Positions 9,699-19,612 of a stretch of DNA of 64,000 nucleotides are shown here, one piece after another; the first letter of the stretch is position 1, and every line of letters starts with the position of its first letter. The stretch lies in IMG/VR virus record IMGVR_UViG_3300044568_003939; one strand, 5' to 3'. The translations under genes were made by a program, and so were the position numbers. The stretch comes from a virus. Under the pieces are notes generated by a model. That model worked only from the letters and a program-made list of their open reading frames with translations. It searched no databases and was not told where the DNA came from.

Positions 9699-11750
9699 AT
9701 GCCGACATCATATACCGTAAATGTACAAGGAGGAGGTACACTACCAACTGCAGATGTTTCATCTAAATCGGCCATTATCAAAAGTGCGCTTGCTTTAGAC
9801 GCATTAAACAATACCAGTGACCTTGGTAAGCCGGTGACAACAGCGTTAACAGCTGCTCTTGTGCCGTTTGTTAATATATCTCCTGTAGGTGAAGCGTTAA
9901 ATAACCCTCCAGTGTTGGAGTTTAATTTTAAGGAAGACCAATATGTTACAAAGAATACTGCAGTTGCAGCTGGTACTCTTATAAATGGTAAAGTTGGGCC
10001 GCCCGCAGAATTCACACGCGCTAGTGGTGCTACATATAAAGATCATGTTGGAGTATTGCGCCATGCTCCTGAAAATCTTACACCCTATTCATACACATTT
10101 CAAAACGCACATTGGGATAGCAGTGCATATGTGACTGAGGCTGACGGCACTACAACAGATCCATTTGGTGTTGCAAACAATGCAACCACAATTACTCAGG
10201 TAACCGATGCATCCGCACGCTCTCGCCACGTGCATGAATTGAATGGGCCTTACACTCCAGTTATAGGTCAAACATATTGCATGAGTGTGTATATCAAACA
10301 GCACGAGACAACACCAGCACGATACTTTCAACTAGCATTTTGGAGTGGTGGATTTGGTACAGCTGCATTTAAAAACTTTGATATTCAAGATAAAACCGTA
10401 AGTACTACTGACGGTGGTAGCAGCATAATTTCTTCTGGTATAGAAACATGCTCAAATGGATGGATGAGAATCTTTATAACAGCTGCTGCGACGGCTGCGA
10501 CCGCATCTGGTTTTCAATTAGCATTTGTTAGCGGTTTAACTGCAGTGCGCGCTGAGACAGGCATTGTGTCAAGCAGTCCATCTGCTGCATACATACACGG
10601 TGCTCAAGTTGAGAGATCACTTGCTCCGCGCAAATACCTGTCTACAACCAGCAGCATCGTGTATGGGCCGCGTTTTCATTATGACTCAGTAAACAATACT
10701 TCATTGGGATTGATATTTGAAGCGCAAAAAACAAACTATGCACATGTTAACACTGGAACAATTAACGTGTCCAACACAACAGTAACAACAAACTATTCCG
10801 GTGTAGCTGCGCCTGATGGGTCATATACAAGTACACGCGTACAAAATACTCCCAATCAAAATTCTGTTATAAACTATCTTACTTATGATACTGTAGCGGA
10901 TGGGCAATATACACGCTCATTTTTTGTAAAGGCACTTAGCACATCTGCTGCTGTTGTACTAAGTGCAAATGAAAGTACTGAAGGATTTTTCATTGTATTT
11001 AATCTTATAACCAAAAGCTTTAGTGAAACAATAAATAATGGTACGTATGTTTTAAATTATGGTTATGAGGACTATGGCAATGGTTGGATCAGACTATGGC
11101 TATCGTCATTAAAAGACGCTACGCATGAACTTCAAGGGCGGGTGTGGATGGGAGTGTGGGGAAGTGTGTCTACCCAACAAGACATTTTATTTTGGGGCCC
11201 GCAACTGGAAAATGGTTATGTTATGACATCATACATTCCCAACAGCGCAACACAAACATTGACTCGCAGCGCTGACGGTTGCAGTATAACTGGCACCAAC
11301 TTTTCCAGCTTCTATAATGCTGCGGCTGGAACGCTTTGTGCCGATTATCGCTCAATACAATACGGCGCGCGATACAGTAGCGTAGTTTCGTTTAATGATG
11401 GAGGTAATAATAATCGTATATACATAGGAACATATGGAGGAAATAACACCTCAAGTGGTATTGATACTGAATTGGTTATTACAACATCAGTGATAAAACA
11501 GTATTCTATAATAACTAATACTGCTCAAGGAGTATTGCGCAAAACAGCATTTGCATATTCAAACAATACGTGCTCATCAGTTATCAACGGTCTTGCATTA
11601 ACACCAGACCTGAATTTGAGTACCAAAACACTTCCAATTGTTACGCGCATGATCATTGGGAATGCAGGAGAAATAATGAATATTAGCGCAGTGCGATACT
11701 ATAAGCAAAGCCTAAGTGTCTCTACATTGCAAACACTTACATCATTATAA
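9699..11750 (+). CDS. head-spike-fibre-like protein (paralog 1)
   Basis: FTRASGATY, PRF.YD...GLIFEAQKTN, NGW.R, WGPQLE.G...TSYIP, TRSAD motifs. Confidence 0.7.
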   Translation: MPTSYTVNVQGGGTLPTADVSSKSAIIKSALALDALNNTSDLGKPVTTALTAALVPFVNISPVGEALNNPPVLEFNFKEDQYVTKNTAVAAGTLINGKVGPPAEFTRASGATYKDHVGVLRHAPENLTPYSYTFQNAHWDSSAYVTEADGTTTDPFGVANNATTITQVTDASARSRHVHELNGPYTPVIGQTYCMSVYIKQHETTPARYFQLAFWSGGFGTAAFKNFDIQDKTVSTTDGGSSIISSGIETCSNGWMRIFITAAATAATASGFQLAFVSGLTAVRAETGIVSSSPSAAYIHGAQVERSLAPRKYLSTTSSIVYGPRFHYDSVNNTSLGLIFEAQKTNYAHVNTGTINVSNTTVTTNYSGVAAPDGSYTSTRVQNTPNQNSVINYLTYDTVADGQYTRSFFVKALSTSAAVVLSANESTEGFFIVFNLITKSFSETINNGTYVLNYGYEDYGNGWIRLWLSSLKDATHELQGRVWMGVWGSVSTQQDILFWGPQLENGYVMTSYIPNSATQTLTRSADGCSITGTNFSSFYNAAAGTLCADYRSIQYGARYSSVVSFNDGGNNNRIYIGTYGGNNTSSGIDTELVITTSVIKQYSIITNTAQGVLRKTAFAYSNNTCSSVINGLALTPDLNLSTKTLPIVTRMIIGNAGEIMNISAVRYYKQSLSVSTLQTLTSL

Positions 11751-11772
11751 ATAACAATACCGCTTAGGAATT

Positions 11773-13716
11773 ATGTCTTATACCATTGCAACTACAACAT
11801 CAGGAGTAAGCCTAACAACATCTGATATAGCAAGTTCAGCTGCTCCATTTAAGACTGCATTAGGCTTAGGTAATGTTAACAATACAACTGATGCCAACAA
11901 ACCAGTCAGCACAGCACAGCAAGCTGCATTAGATCTTAAGGCGAGCAAAGCATTGATAAGTGAGCTACTTTATTCTCCAGCTTCACTCGACTATGCATTT
12001 GCTGATGATAAAGCATTCACGCGCAACAACTTGCTTACAAATGGTTTTTTGCTAACTGCTCGCAAAGGGCCTAGCCTAAAATATACACGAGCAACAGGTG
12101 CTACAACATTTGATGCCGATGGTCTAGTTAAATACTCTCCTGAGAATCTTTTAAATTTTAGCGAGTCCTTTGCGACTAGCGGCGGAACCAATAACAATTG
12201 GGCTGATACCAACTTCACCCGAGCTATTAATTTGGCAGATCCTATTGGTGGATTTACTGCCATTAGGTTTACCGCAAACGCAAATAATGCAACCGTCATT
12301 TCTAGTGCAGCTATTGGATCATCTGATTTGCGAACATTTTCATTCTGGATGCGACGAGTGACTGGGTCAGGCACGGTTAGTTACACCATTGATGGTGGTG
12401 CTACATATACAGCCATCACTCCCTTAACAACAAGTTGGACTAGGTTTTCATATACAGCAACTGCCGATCATCATGTTGGATTTAAAGTAAATACTAATGC
12501 TGATGCTATTGAAATATGGGGCGCACAACTTGAACGCTCGCTGGTTGCACGCCAATACTTGTCTACGACATCAAGTGTTGTGTATGGCCCTCGTTTTTGG
12601 CATGACCCAAGTGACTTAACTAGTCGTGGATTGCTGTTGGAAACCGCATCTACCAATATATGTTGGCCGTCAAATATATTTGGTTCGTGGACTCTTCTTG
12701 CATCAACATTAAGCGCATCAAACACGAGTGCTACTCTTGATCCAGCTGGAACAAACACCGCAGACATCATATTGGAAACCGCTACTACCGATACGCATAG
12801 TGTTCAACTTAATATAGCTGGCTCAAGCATTGCCAACGCTACACGATATACATTCTCATGTTTTGTAAAACCAAACGGACGAACGTTTTGCGCATTAAGC
12901 GCGTTCCCGGGAAGCGCAAACGGAGCATCTGGGCGATGTGTGTTTAGTTTGTCAGGAGCAGGCAGCATCATTACTGGATTCACTCCATCTGATGCTACTC
13001 CAACAATTGTGGCTTTTCCCAATGGATGGTACCGTGTTTCAATGTCTACAACCGCTACAACAAGTGCTGGCACAAGTGGTGTTGTTGATATTACAATAGG
13101 AGCAGACAGCAGCTGTGGAAGTTACCTTGGTGACGCCACCAAAGGCTTATATGTATATGGCGCACAAGTTGAAGCGGGCTTGAGAGCAAGTACATATATT
13201 CCAACTTATACTAGTACCGTTGAACGTGCTAAAGCAGACTGCCGACTTGGAGGCAATGACTTTGCCAGCATATACAATGAAAGTGAAGGAACGATTAAAT
13301 TGACAGTTAGGCCTCTTGATCCGACAGTCACAACATTAGGATTGTTTGGTATTGAAACTAATAGCAGACCAGATGCCAATCTATCAATTAGTACAAATGG
13401 AGTTAGTCAATTTAGTATTACTTTGGGAAAAAATTCAAGCCCTGCTTTTACAGTAGCTACATATAGTACACCATGGAGCCTAGGTAGTGCAAAAGCTGTT
13501 GCTTTTGCTTATAAGAGTGGCAATTCCAATGCCGCATTTGATGGTGTGTCACAAACGGCTGTTAGTACAATTTTACTAAGCGCGCCAATGGTAAGAATGG
13601 CATTAGGTGCAAATGGCCTCACCAGTGGCCCACAAAGCGGAAGTGGTATTTTCTCAAGACTTACAATATACAAAAGCAGACTATCAAACGAGTATCTTAA
13701 AATTGCAACATCATGA
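11773..13716 (+). CDS. head-spike-fibre-like protein (paralog 2)
   Basis: YTRATGATTFDADG, GPRFWHDP...GLLLE, NGWYR, YGAQVEAG..ASTYIPT. Confidence 0.7.
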   Translation: MSYTIATTTSGVSLTTSDIASSAAPFKTALGLGNVNNTTDANKPVSTAQQAALDLKASKALISELLYSPASLDYAFADDKAFTRNNLLTNGFLLTARKGPSLKYTRATGATTFDADGLVKYSPENLLNFSESFATSGGTNNNWADTNFTRAINLADPIGGFTAIRFTANANNATVISSAAIGSSDLRTFSFWMRRVTGSGTVSYTIDGGATYTAITPLTTSWTRFSYTATADHHVGFKVNTNADAIEIWGAQLERSLVARQYLSTTSSVVYGPRFWHDPSDLTSRGLLLETASTNICWPSNIFGSWTLLASTLSASNTSATLDPAGTNTADIILETATTDTHSVQLNIAGSSIANATRYTFSCFVKPNGRTFCALSAFPGSANGASGRCVFSLSGAGSIITGFTPSDATPTIVAFPNGWYRVSMSTTATTSAGTSGVVDITIGADSSCGSYLGDATKGLYVYGAQVEAGLRASTYIPTYTSTVERAKADCRLGGNDFASIYNESEGTIKLTVRPLDPTVTTLGLFGIETNSRPDANLSISTNGVSQFSITLGKNSSPAFTVATYSTPWSLGSAKAVAFAYKSGNSNAAFDGVSQTAVSTILLSAPMVRMALGANGLTSGPQSGSGIFSRLTIYKSRLSNEYLKIATS

Positions 13717-14093
13717 TTGACTATCTATTAAAATTCCCAGACAGAGAAACCGCAAATCAATACGGATTAAGCGCAGGCTATACATCCTTAGATGGAGAAG
13801 GATTTGCCATTACATCTACATCCAGTGATGATTATGCATTGTGCGTAATCGGCGAACACTATGCGCCTACTGGAGAAAAGATAACTACAGACGATGGAAT
13901 AGAATATGACGAAACCGCTAGTGATGGAGCATGCTGGATACTATTTAGAGATCTTGCAGACAAGACTACTCCAGAATCAATAGTTCCTTACGTTGTATGG
14001 AGCAGCAACATGACAACTGGAGAAGGTGATGAATTGCAGACAGTTGTGCGCCCCACAAATGACCCGGCTGTTCCCAACCGCTTTTGGGCTTAA
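13713..14093 (+). CDS. fibre partner/chaperone (paralog of 16148-16435)
   Basis: MIDYLLKF...ALCVIGE...W.LFRDL...VPNRFWA aligns with the 16148 protein. Confidence 0.6.
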   Translation: MIDYLLKFPDRETANQYGLSAGYTSLDGEGFAITSTSSDDYALCVIGEHYAPTGEKITTDDGIEYDETASDGACWILFRDLADKTTPESIVPYVVWSSNMTTGEGDELQTVVRPTNDPAVPNRFWA

Positions 14094-14266
14094 GCTAATC
14101 GCACTTCTTCAAGTTCAGCTCGTGTCATATGGAATTTTCCACGATTTGCACTAAAGAAAACTTTATCTCCTTCAACTCTGTAAACCGTAATATAGTCAAC
14201 GATTCCAATCTTTAGGTTTTCCAATTCTTCCTTAAATGCGCTCTTGATATAGATTTGTTCATTCAT
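14090..14266 (-). CDS. small hypothetical protein (only credible minus-strand gene)
   Basis: Fills an otherwise empty gap; upstream tatataaactatATG is identical to the gp20 upstream context. Confidence 0.5.
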   Translation of the reverse strand: MNEQIYIKSAFKEELENLKIGIVDYITVYRVEGDKVFFSANRGKFHMTRAELEEVRLA

Positions 14267-14310
14267 ATAGTTTATATATATCAACTTTCAGCAAATTATA
14301 AATAAACACA

Positions 14311-14631
14311 ATGGACGCAGAGAAATCAATGGTAAAAGAGTTTTTAGATGGCGGCTGGCTTATTCCATTGTTAGGAGCGGCAGGGATGCTAGCACGTCTG
14401 ATTTCGACAAATACGCCTGTGCCTGTGTTGGAACAGGTTAAGAAAGTATTTGTTGCTGCGCTGGCAAGTGGTATTGCATGGTTTTTATTGGAGCAAACAG
14501 ATATAGGAAGTCTATATAAAGCAATTACTTATGGAGTCATAGGCGTAATTAGTCCTGAAATTATAGCAGGTTTGGTAAGCATTGGAAAAAAATTTGCGGC
14601 CAAACCAGAATCATTCTTACCTCGCAAATGA
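14311..14631 (+). CDS. holin-like membrane protein
   Basis: About 3 hydrophobic segments, basic C-terminus, late promoter. Confidence 0.55.
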   Translation: MDAEKSMVKEFLDGGWLIPLLGAAGMLARLISTNTPVPVLEQVKKVFVAALASGIAWFLLEQTDIGSLYKAITYGVIGVISPEIIAGLVSIGKKFAAKPESFLPRK

Positions 14632-14834
14632 ATACTCATCGAGTTGCCGTCGCATCATTAGTCTGTATAGTTTTAGCTTTCATCATTAAAGGCTATTACA
14701 TATTGCAACAAGTTGCAGCTGCAAATCAAACAGCGTTTGATTGTGAAGTGGAAACACTCAAACAGTTTTTATATTTGTTTAGTGTATTTGTAGCTGTAAT
14801 AGTATGGCCGTTCGTTTTTAAAATTAAAGTATAA
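14628..14834 (+). CDS. small two-TM membrane protein
   Basis: Two hydrophobic stretches; overlaps the holin-like gene. Confidence 0.5.
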   Translation: MNTHRVAVASLVCIVLAFIIKGYYILQQVAAANQTAFDCEVETLKQFLYLFSVFVAVIVWPFVFKIKV

Positions 14835-14843
14835 ATATAACAT

Positions 14844-15116
14844 ATGAGTATTCCAAGTGTAAGTAATGCAAGAGTTTTTGATAGTGCAATGACATATGAA
14901 GTTCCAGCTTATACCAGTGGCTATCATGTTAGTACAAGTCATGCTAGTAAATTTTTCAAAGGGCTTTTAATTAGCACGGATGGCAACCTTAAGATTATGG
15001 GTTGTGATGGCGTTGAAGTTACCTTCGCTGTGACCGCTGGGTTGTATCCATTTGCTGGCATGAAGCTGGGTACTGCTGCCACATCACCTGCTACGGTTGC
15101 TGTAATACTATACTAA
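14844..15116 (+). CDS. head spike base-like protein (RcGTA Rcc01079-like)
   Basis: GLLIS.DGNL.I...G..VTF.V.AG.YP...A.T..AT.AVILY pattern, ~90 aa, directly upstream of a spike-fibre-like gene. Confidence 0.55.
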   Translation: MSIPSVSNARVFDSAMTYEVPAYTSGYHVSTSHASKFFKGLLISTDGNLKIMGCDGVEVTFAVTAGLYPFAGMKLGTAATSPATVAVILY

Positions 15117-15122
15117 TTGCAT

Positions 15123-16151
15123 ATGTTAGGCATAGGAATCAACCTTTGGGGTAATATAAAAGACCCATACGGTCTATCCCTAGACTTACAGTTCGCCACC
15201 GACAAAACGCTGACGGCTCGCAAGGGTCCGACTCCGGTGTTGACCCGCGCATCTACTGCTACCTTTATTGGGAGTGACGGCTTAATCCAATCTGCTGCTA
15301 TTAACCAAGCCCGCTTCGACCACGATCCAGCAACCCCCAGCGTCTGTCGTGGTCTGCTTCTTGAGGAACAACGCACCAACCTGCTGTATCCAAGCAGTAT
15401 TGCCGTCCCCCAACTTGCCACGCAAACAAGATCACTCGTCTCATCTACCGTCTACACGTTGAGTTTCTACGGGACTGGCACGGTGGTAGTGTCTGGGAAG
15501 GCTACTGGTGCGCCATATACCATAGTTGGAACAGGGGCTTATCCGTCCCGAAGAATATTTTCTTTTACTGCGATTGGAGGGAACGTCACTTTTACCGTTT
15601 CTGGAATCGTGCAATACGCACAGCTTGAACAGAGCTCAGGCGGGACAGCATCTAGCTTTATCCAGACAACCAGCGGACCTCTCGCCCGTAGCGCGGATGT
15701 TTGCAGTATTATCGGAGCGGACTTCACGAGCTTTTGGAACAGGTTCGCTGGCACCTGCGTGGTCGGAGTCGGCTCATCTGGGGCGTCAGTGAACGGCTTC
15801 GCTAACACCTTTGTTTGCACGTCGCCTTCAGCCCGCACATTTGCCATATTCGGGTCAACGGCCATATATTTTGCGCCACCACCACCACCTGATTTCACCG
15901 GAACAATCGTTGCGTCGGGAGCCACTTACCCGATAAAACTTGGATTGGCTTACGCAATCAATGACTATCAAAGTTCATACAGTGGGCTTCTTGGTGATTC
16001 CGGCACAAATACGAACGGGACTATTCCAGACTCTACCGACTTGCGTATAGGCTACGATAATAGCGGGGCCTTTGGCACAAAGCACATTCAATTTGTCCGC
16101 TACTACAAGAAACGCCTGCCCAACGCCAAACTCCAAGCCATCACTGCATGA
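15123..16151 (+). CDS. head-spike-fibre-like protein (paralog 3)
   Basis: SLDLQF, LTRASTATFIGSDG, ARFDHDP...GLLLEEQRTN, AQLE, RSADV; visibly GC-richer than its neighbours. Confidence 0.7.
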   Translation: MLGIGINLWGNIKDPYGLSLDLQFATDKTLTARKGPTPVLTRASTATFIGSDGLIQSAAINQARFDHDPATPSVCRGLLLEEQRTNLLYPSSIAVPQLATQTRSLVSSTVYTLSFYGTGTVVVSGKATGAPYTIVGTGAYPSRRIFSFTAIGGNVTFTVSGIVQYAQLEQSSGGTASSFIQTTSGPLARSADVCSIIGADFTSFWNRFAGTCVVGVGSSGASVNGFANTFVCTSPSARTFAIFGSTAIYFAPPPPPDFTGTIVASGATYPIKLGLAYAINDYQSSYSGLLGDSGTNTNGTIPDSTDLRIGYDNSGAFGTKHIQFVRYYKKRLPNAKLQAITA

Positions 16152-16435
16152 CCGACTACATTCTAAAATTCGCATCAAAAGCAATAGCCGAGCAGTTCGG
16201 CATCGCCAATGGGTTTGCTGCGCCTGATGATAACGGCGAGGTGCAATCCAATCTTGCGTCACACGAACACGCGCTGTGCGTTGTGGGCGAGTTTGCCGGA
16301 GAGTGGTGGGTGCTATTCCGTGATCTTGTCGGAATCCCGATTCCGGTAGGCGGCGAGCAGTTCGTCCACTGGTCAAGCGCATCGGGCGATCCCCGCCCAG
16401 TTGACGAGTCCGTCCCGAATATCTGGTGGGCATAA
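16148..16435 (+). CDS. fibre partner/chaperone (paralog of 13713-14093)
   Basis: MTDYILKF...ALCVVGE...WVLFRDL...VPNIWWA. Confidence 0.6.
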   Translation: MTDYILKFASKAIAEQFGIANGFAAPDDNGEVQSNLASHEHALCVVGEFAGEWWVLFRDLVGIPIPVGGEQFVHWSSASGDPRPVDESVPNIWWA

Positions 16436-16451
16436 GTTATAAATACAGTAT

Positions 16452-17198
16452 ATGGCGCGCCCTACTACACGACAAGGATTGGTTGACTATTGCCTACGAG
16501 CATTGGGCGCTCCTGTGCTTGAAATAAACATTGATGACGATCAGATTGAAGACCGACTTGATGAGGCTATTCAATTCTATCAAGAATACCATAATGATGG
16601 TGTGACAAGAGTATTCTATAAACATGTCATTACTCAGACCGACTTTGACAACAGCTATTTTACTCTCCCAGACAGTTTGATTTGCGTGCTACGCGTAATG
16701 AATATCAACCGCGGCGATGCAAGTGATATGTTTAGTGTCAAGTATCAGATGTATCTTAATGACCTGTATGGTCTTCGTCGCCCTGAGAGTATTATTAGTT
16801 ATCAGATGACTAAAGAATATATGGGTTTGCTTGAAATGATTCTTACTGGTTCTAGTCAGCAAATTACTTTTGCACGCCACATGAATCGCTTAAGCATTGA
16901 TGATGACTGGAAGACTACTCTAAAAGTTGGGCAATATATTGTGGTTGAAGCATATCAAACAATTGATCCCAATGCATTTGGCGATGTATACAATGACATG
17001 GTACTTAAGCGTTATGCTACTGCTCTGTTAAAAAAGCAATGGGCTTCGAATATGTTGAAATTCGAAGGTATGCAACTGCCAGGCGGAGTTACACTAAACG
17101 GCCGAGCATTATTTGATGATGCAACGGCTGAAATCCAAAAGATTGAAGAAGACTTTGAGTCTCGTTATCAATTCCCGCCTGACTTTTATTGCGGCTAG
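16452..17198 (+). CDS. gp13: neck protein gp13
   Basis: YCLRALGAPVLEIN, ALLKKQW...KFEG.QLPGGVTLNG; synteny. Confidence 0.92.
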   Translation: MARPTTRQGLVDYCLRALGAPVLEINIDDDQIEDRLDEAIQFYQEYHNDGVTRVFYKHVITQTDFDNSYFTLPDSLICVLRVMNINRGDASDMFSVKYQMYLNDLYGLRRPESIISYQMTKEYMGLLEMILTGSSQQITFARHMNRLSIDDDWKTTLKVGQYIVVEAYQTIDPNAFGDVYNDMVLKRYATALLKKQWASNMLKFEGMQLPGGVTLNGRALFDDATAEIQKIEEDFESRYQFPPDFYCG

Positions 17199-17235
17199 TA
17201 GAATTCTTTGTCGGTTAAGTTTATAAATAACTCCA

Positions 17236-18153
17236 ATGGCACGCAATGTATATTTTTCCCATGGTACTCGTAGCGAAAAAAGCCTTTATGAAGATTTAAT
17301 AATTGAAGCAATGTCCATTTACGGACATGATGTCTACTATATACCACGCAAGGTGGTGCAATTGGATACCATTTTAAATGAAGACATGCTTTCGCGTTTT
17401 GAGAGTGCATTTAAAATTGAAATGTATGTTGAAAGCGTAGATGGCTTTGAAGGTGATGGTAAGCTAATGAATAAGTTTGGTTTTGAATTCCGAGACCAAG
17501 TTACTTTTGTTGTTGCTAATCGCCGTTGGAATCAGTTGATTGGCCGCTATGGTGTTACTGAAGGTGGTGCGCGCCCACGTGAAGGTGATCTTATCTATGT
17601 GCCATTGACAAAAGGCTTATTTGAGATTCGTTACGTTGAAGATAAAAAACCATTCTATCAAGCTGGTCAAGTTCCCACATTCAAATTGACATGTGAGAAT
17701 TTTGAATATAGCAATCAGGACATTGATACTGGAGTTGGTGAAGTTGATGCTATACAATACACTGCAGCCCAAGCGCAAAGCGTACGCACAACTAGTGTGG
17801 CTGGGCAAACATTTACAGCCGGAGAAACGCTAACTGTTAGTTTGTCTGGCACAAGCGTTACTGGAACGCTCGAATTTCTTGGTTATTATAAAGATAGCAA
17901 CGGTGTAGTGCGCACCAAACTTGGGGTACCTTCTTGGAATGACGCCGACTATCATATTATAGATGCAGGTGATACACTGACTAGCATTGATAACGGTTAT
18001 GTTGTTACAATTCAAGAAGTATATGCAATGAGCAGTACTGATGAAGATGCATTTGAAAACGACATCAATGCTCAAAACGATGTTTTTGAAACCAACGGTG
18101 CAGCGTACATCGACTTTAGCCAAATGAATCCATTTGGCGAACCAGATCAATAA
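17236..18153 (+). CDS. gp14: neck protein gp14
   Basis: LYEDLIIE...YG.DVYYIPR, PREGDLIY.P, NPFG; synteny. Confidence 0.92.
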   Translation: MARNVYFSHGTRSEKSLYEDLIIEAMSIYGHDVYYIPRKVVQLDTILNEDMLSRFESAFKIEMYVESVDGFEGDGKLMNKFGFEFRDQVTFVVANRRWNQLIGRYGVTEGGARPREGDLIYVPLTKGLFEIRYVEDKKPFYQAGQVPTFKLTCENFEYSNQDIDTGVGEVDAIQYTAAQAQSVRTTSVAGQTFTAGETLTVSLSGTSVTGTLEFLGYYKDSNGVVRTKLGVPSWNDADYHIIDAGDTLTSIDNGYVVTIQEVYAMSSTDEDAFENDINAQNDVFETNGAAYIDFSQMNPFGEPDQ

Positions 18154-18158
18154 CACAT

Positions 18159-18926
18159 ATGTTGGACAATTCTTACTACTATCATGGAACCATAAAAAAG
18201 ATTGTGTCAGTATTTGGCACTCTTTTTAACAACATTCATACTGGCAAGTTGATTGCTGGTAAGCTAACTGCAGTTACTCGAGTTCCTATTGCATATGGGC
18301 CTAAAGAACATTGGCTTGCGCGTATTCGTCAAAACACCGTTGACCAAAAAGAAACTGAAATTGCTATAAAGGTTCCGCGCATGAGCTTTGAAATAACAAG
18401 TATAACATATGATAGCGCATCCAAATTGAATCGGCTTAATCAGGAAATTGTAAATACCAATACTGCAACAGGTAAAAAAAATTATTATTGGCAAACTGTA
18501 CCATACATAATTGGTATGCAGCTTAGTATATATGCACGCAATCAGGATGATGCATTGCAAATATTTGAGCAAATCATTCCAACATTTCCACCTGAATATA
18601 GCATAACTGTTATTGACTTGGCTGTGCCAGGAACAAATACCGTTGTTCCTATTACTTTAGTTGGAACAACGTTTAGTGATGATTATGAAGGAGACTATCA
18701 GACTAGTCGACGTACTCTAGTCTATACACTTGACTTTAACCTTAAAGTTCAATTTGCTGGTCAAACCAACACATCGAGTATTATCAAAAACATTGATGTA
18801 AACTTTCTTGATACAACTGCAGTCTCGCGCGGATTCCCACTAGACAAAGTTAATGTGAAGCTTGGCAATATGACAACCGACACACCTGACAATTATACTG
18901 TGGTTACTACATTTGGGTTTGAATAA
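18159..18926 (+). CDS. gp15: tail sheath stabilizer/terminator gp15
   Basis: FGTLFNNI, VPIAYGPK, PRMSFE, QIFEQI.P.F.P; synteny. Confidence 0.92.
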   Translation: MLDNSYYYHGTIKKIVSVFGTLFNNIHTGKLIAGKLTAVTRVPIAYGPKEHWLARIRQNTVDQKETEIAIKVPRMSFEITSITYDSASKLNRLNQEIVNTNTATGKKNYYWQTVPYIIGMQLSIYARNQDDALQIFEQIIPTFPPEYSITVIDLAVPGTNTVVPITLVGTTFSDDYEGDYQTSRRTLVYTLDFNLKVQFAGQTNTSSIIKNIDVNFLDTTAVSRGFPLDKVNVKLGNMTTDTPDNYTVVTTFGFE

Positions 18927-18934
18927 TTTATAGT

Positions 18935-19399
18935 ATGAGTCTCAAACAAACAAAAACACGACAAGACATACTTGATTCGCTACAAAACAATTTACCAGCG
19001 GTTGTTGCAGAGCCTGTGGTGCAAAGCATCAAAAGTATGTTGCCATCAGCGGATGATATTAGTGTTGATGTAGAGGAAGACTACAACTTTGCACGCGATC
19101 ATATTAAAAAGTTGATTGGAACAAGTGATGAAGCAATTGCAACAATGCATGCACTTGCGGCCGACGCTGAACACCCACGCGCATTTGAAGTGCTAGCTGC
19201 AATGATTAAGAGTGCTGCGGATATGAATAGTCAATTGCTAACATTGCAACGCGACCGTAAGAAACTTGTGATTGAACCTGCGACTCCAAAGAGTCTAACT
19301 GTTGGCTCCAATACCACAAACAACAGTATCTTTGTTGGAACAACCACTGAATTGCAGAAGTTCCTTAAAAGTCAAAGTGAAACAACAGTTGATGTTTGA
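18935..19399 (+). CDS. gp16: terminase small subunit gp16
   Basis: DY.FAR, HPRAFEV, NNSIFVGTTTELQK. Confidence 0.9.
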   Translation: MSLKQTKTRQDILDSLQNNLPAVVAEPVVQSIKSMLPSADDISVDVEEDYNFARDHIKKLIGTSDEAIATMHALAADAEHPRAFEVLAAMIKSAADMNSQLLTLQRDRKKLVIEPATPKSLTVGSNTTNNSIFVGTTTELQKFLKSQSETTVDV

Positions 19400-19469
19400 C
19401 CATCCCTTCGGGAACCTTTGGTCGAATGGATATATAATTAGATTGCCATTAGCGGTTTGATCTAAATCA

Positions 19470-19498
19470 ATTGTAACAGGGTTCTGCAAACTTGTAAA
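19470..19498 (-). promoter_or_regulatory. antisense sigma70-type promoter TTTACA-17-TACAAT
   Basis: Minus strand reads cctttacaag...tgtTACAAT, the same -35 context as the early promoter repeats. Confidence 0.6.
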
Positions 19499-19612
19499 GG
19501 TAAAAATAAATAAATATGTCGAGTCATCCAAACGGCAATCCTTATGTATAAATAGATGTAAGAGTCAAAAGTTTAAAGATTGGCAATCTCTTGGAAAAGT
19601 ATTACAATAATT

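Noticed and set aside
19295-19531. 78-aa minus-strand ORF in the gp16-gp17 gap
   Set aside because: Starts upstream of the antisense promoter, overlaps gp16 and has no recognisable features
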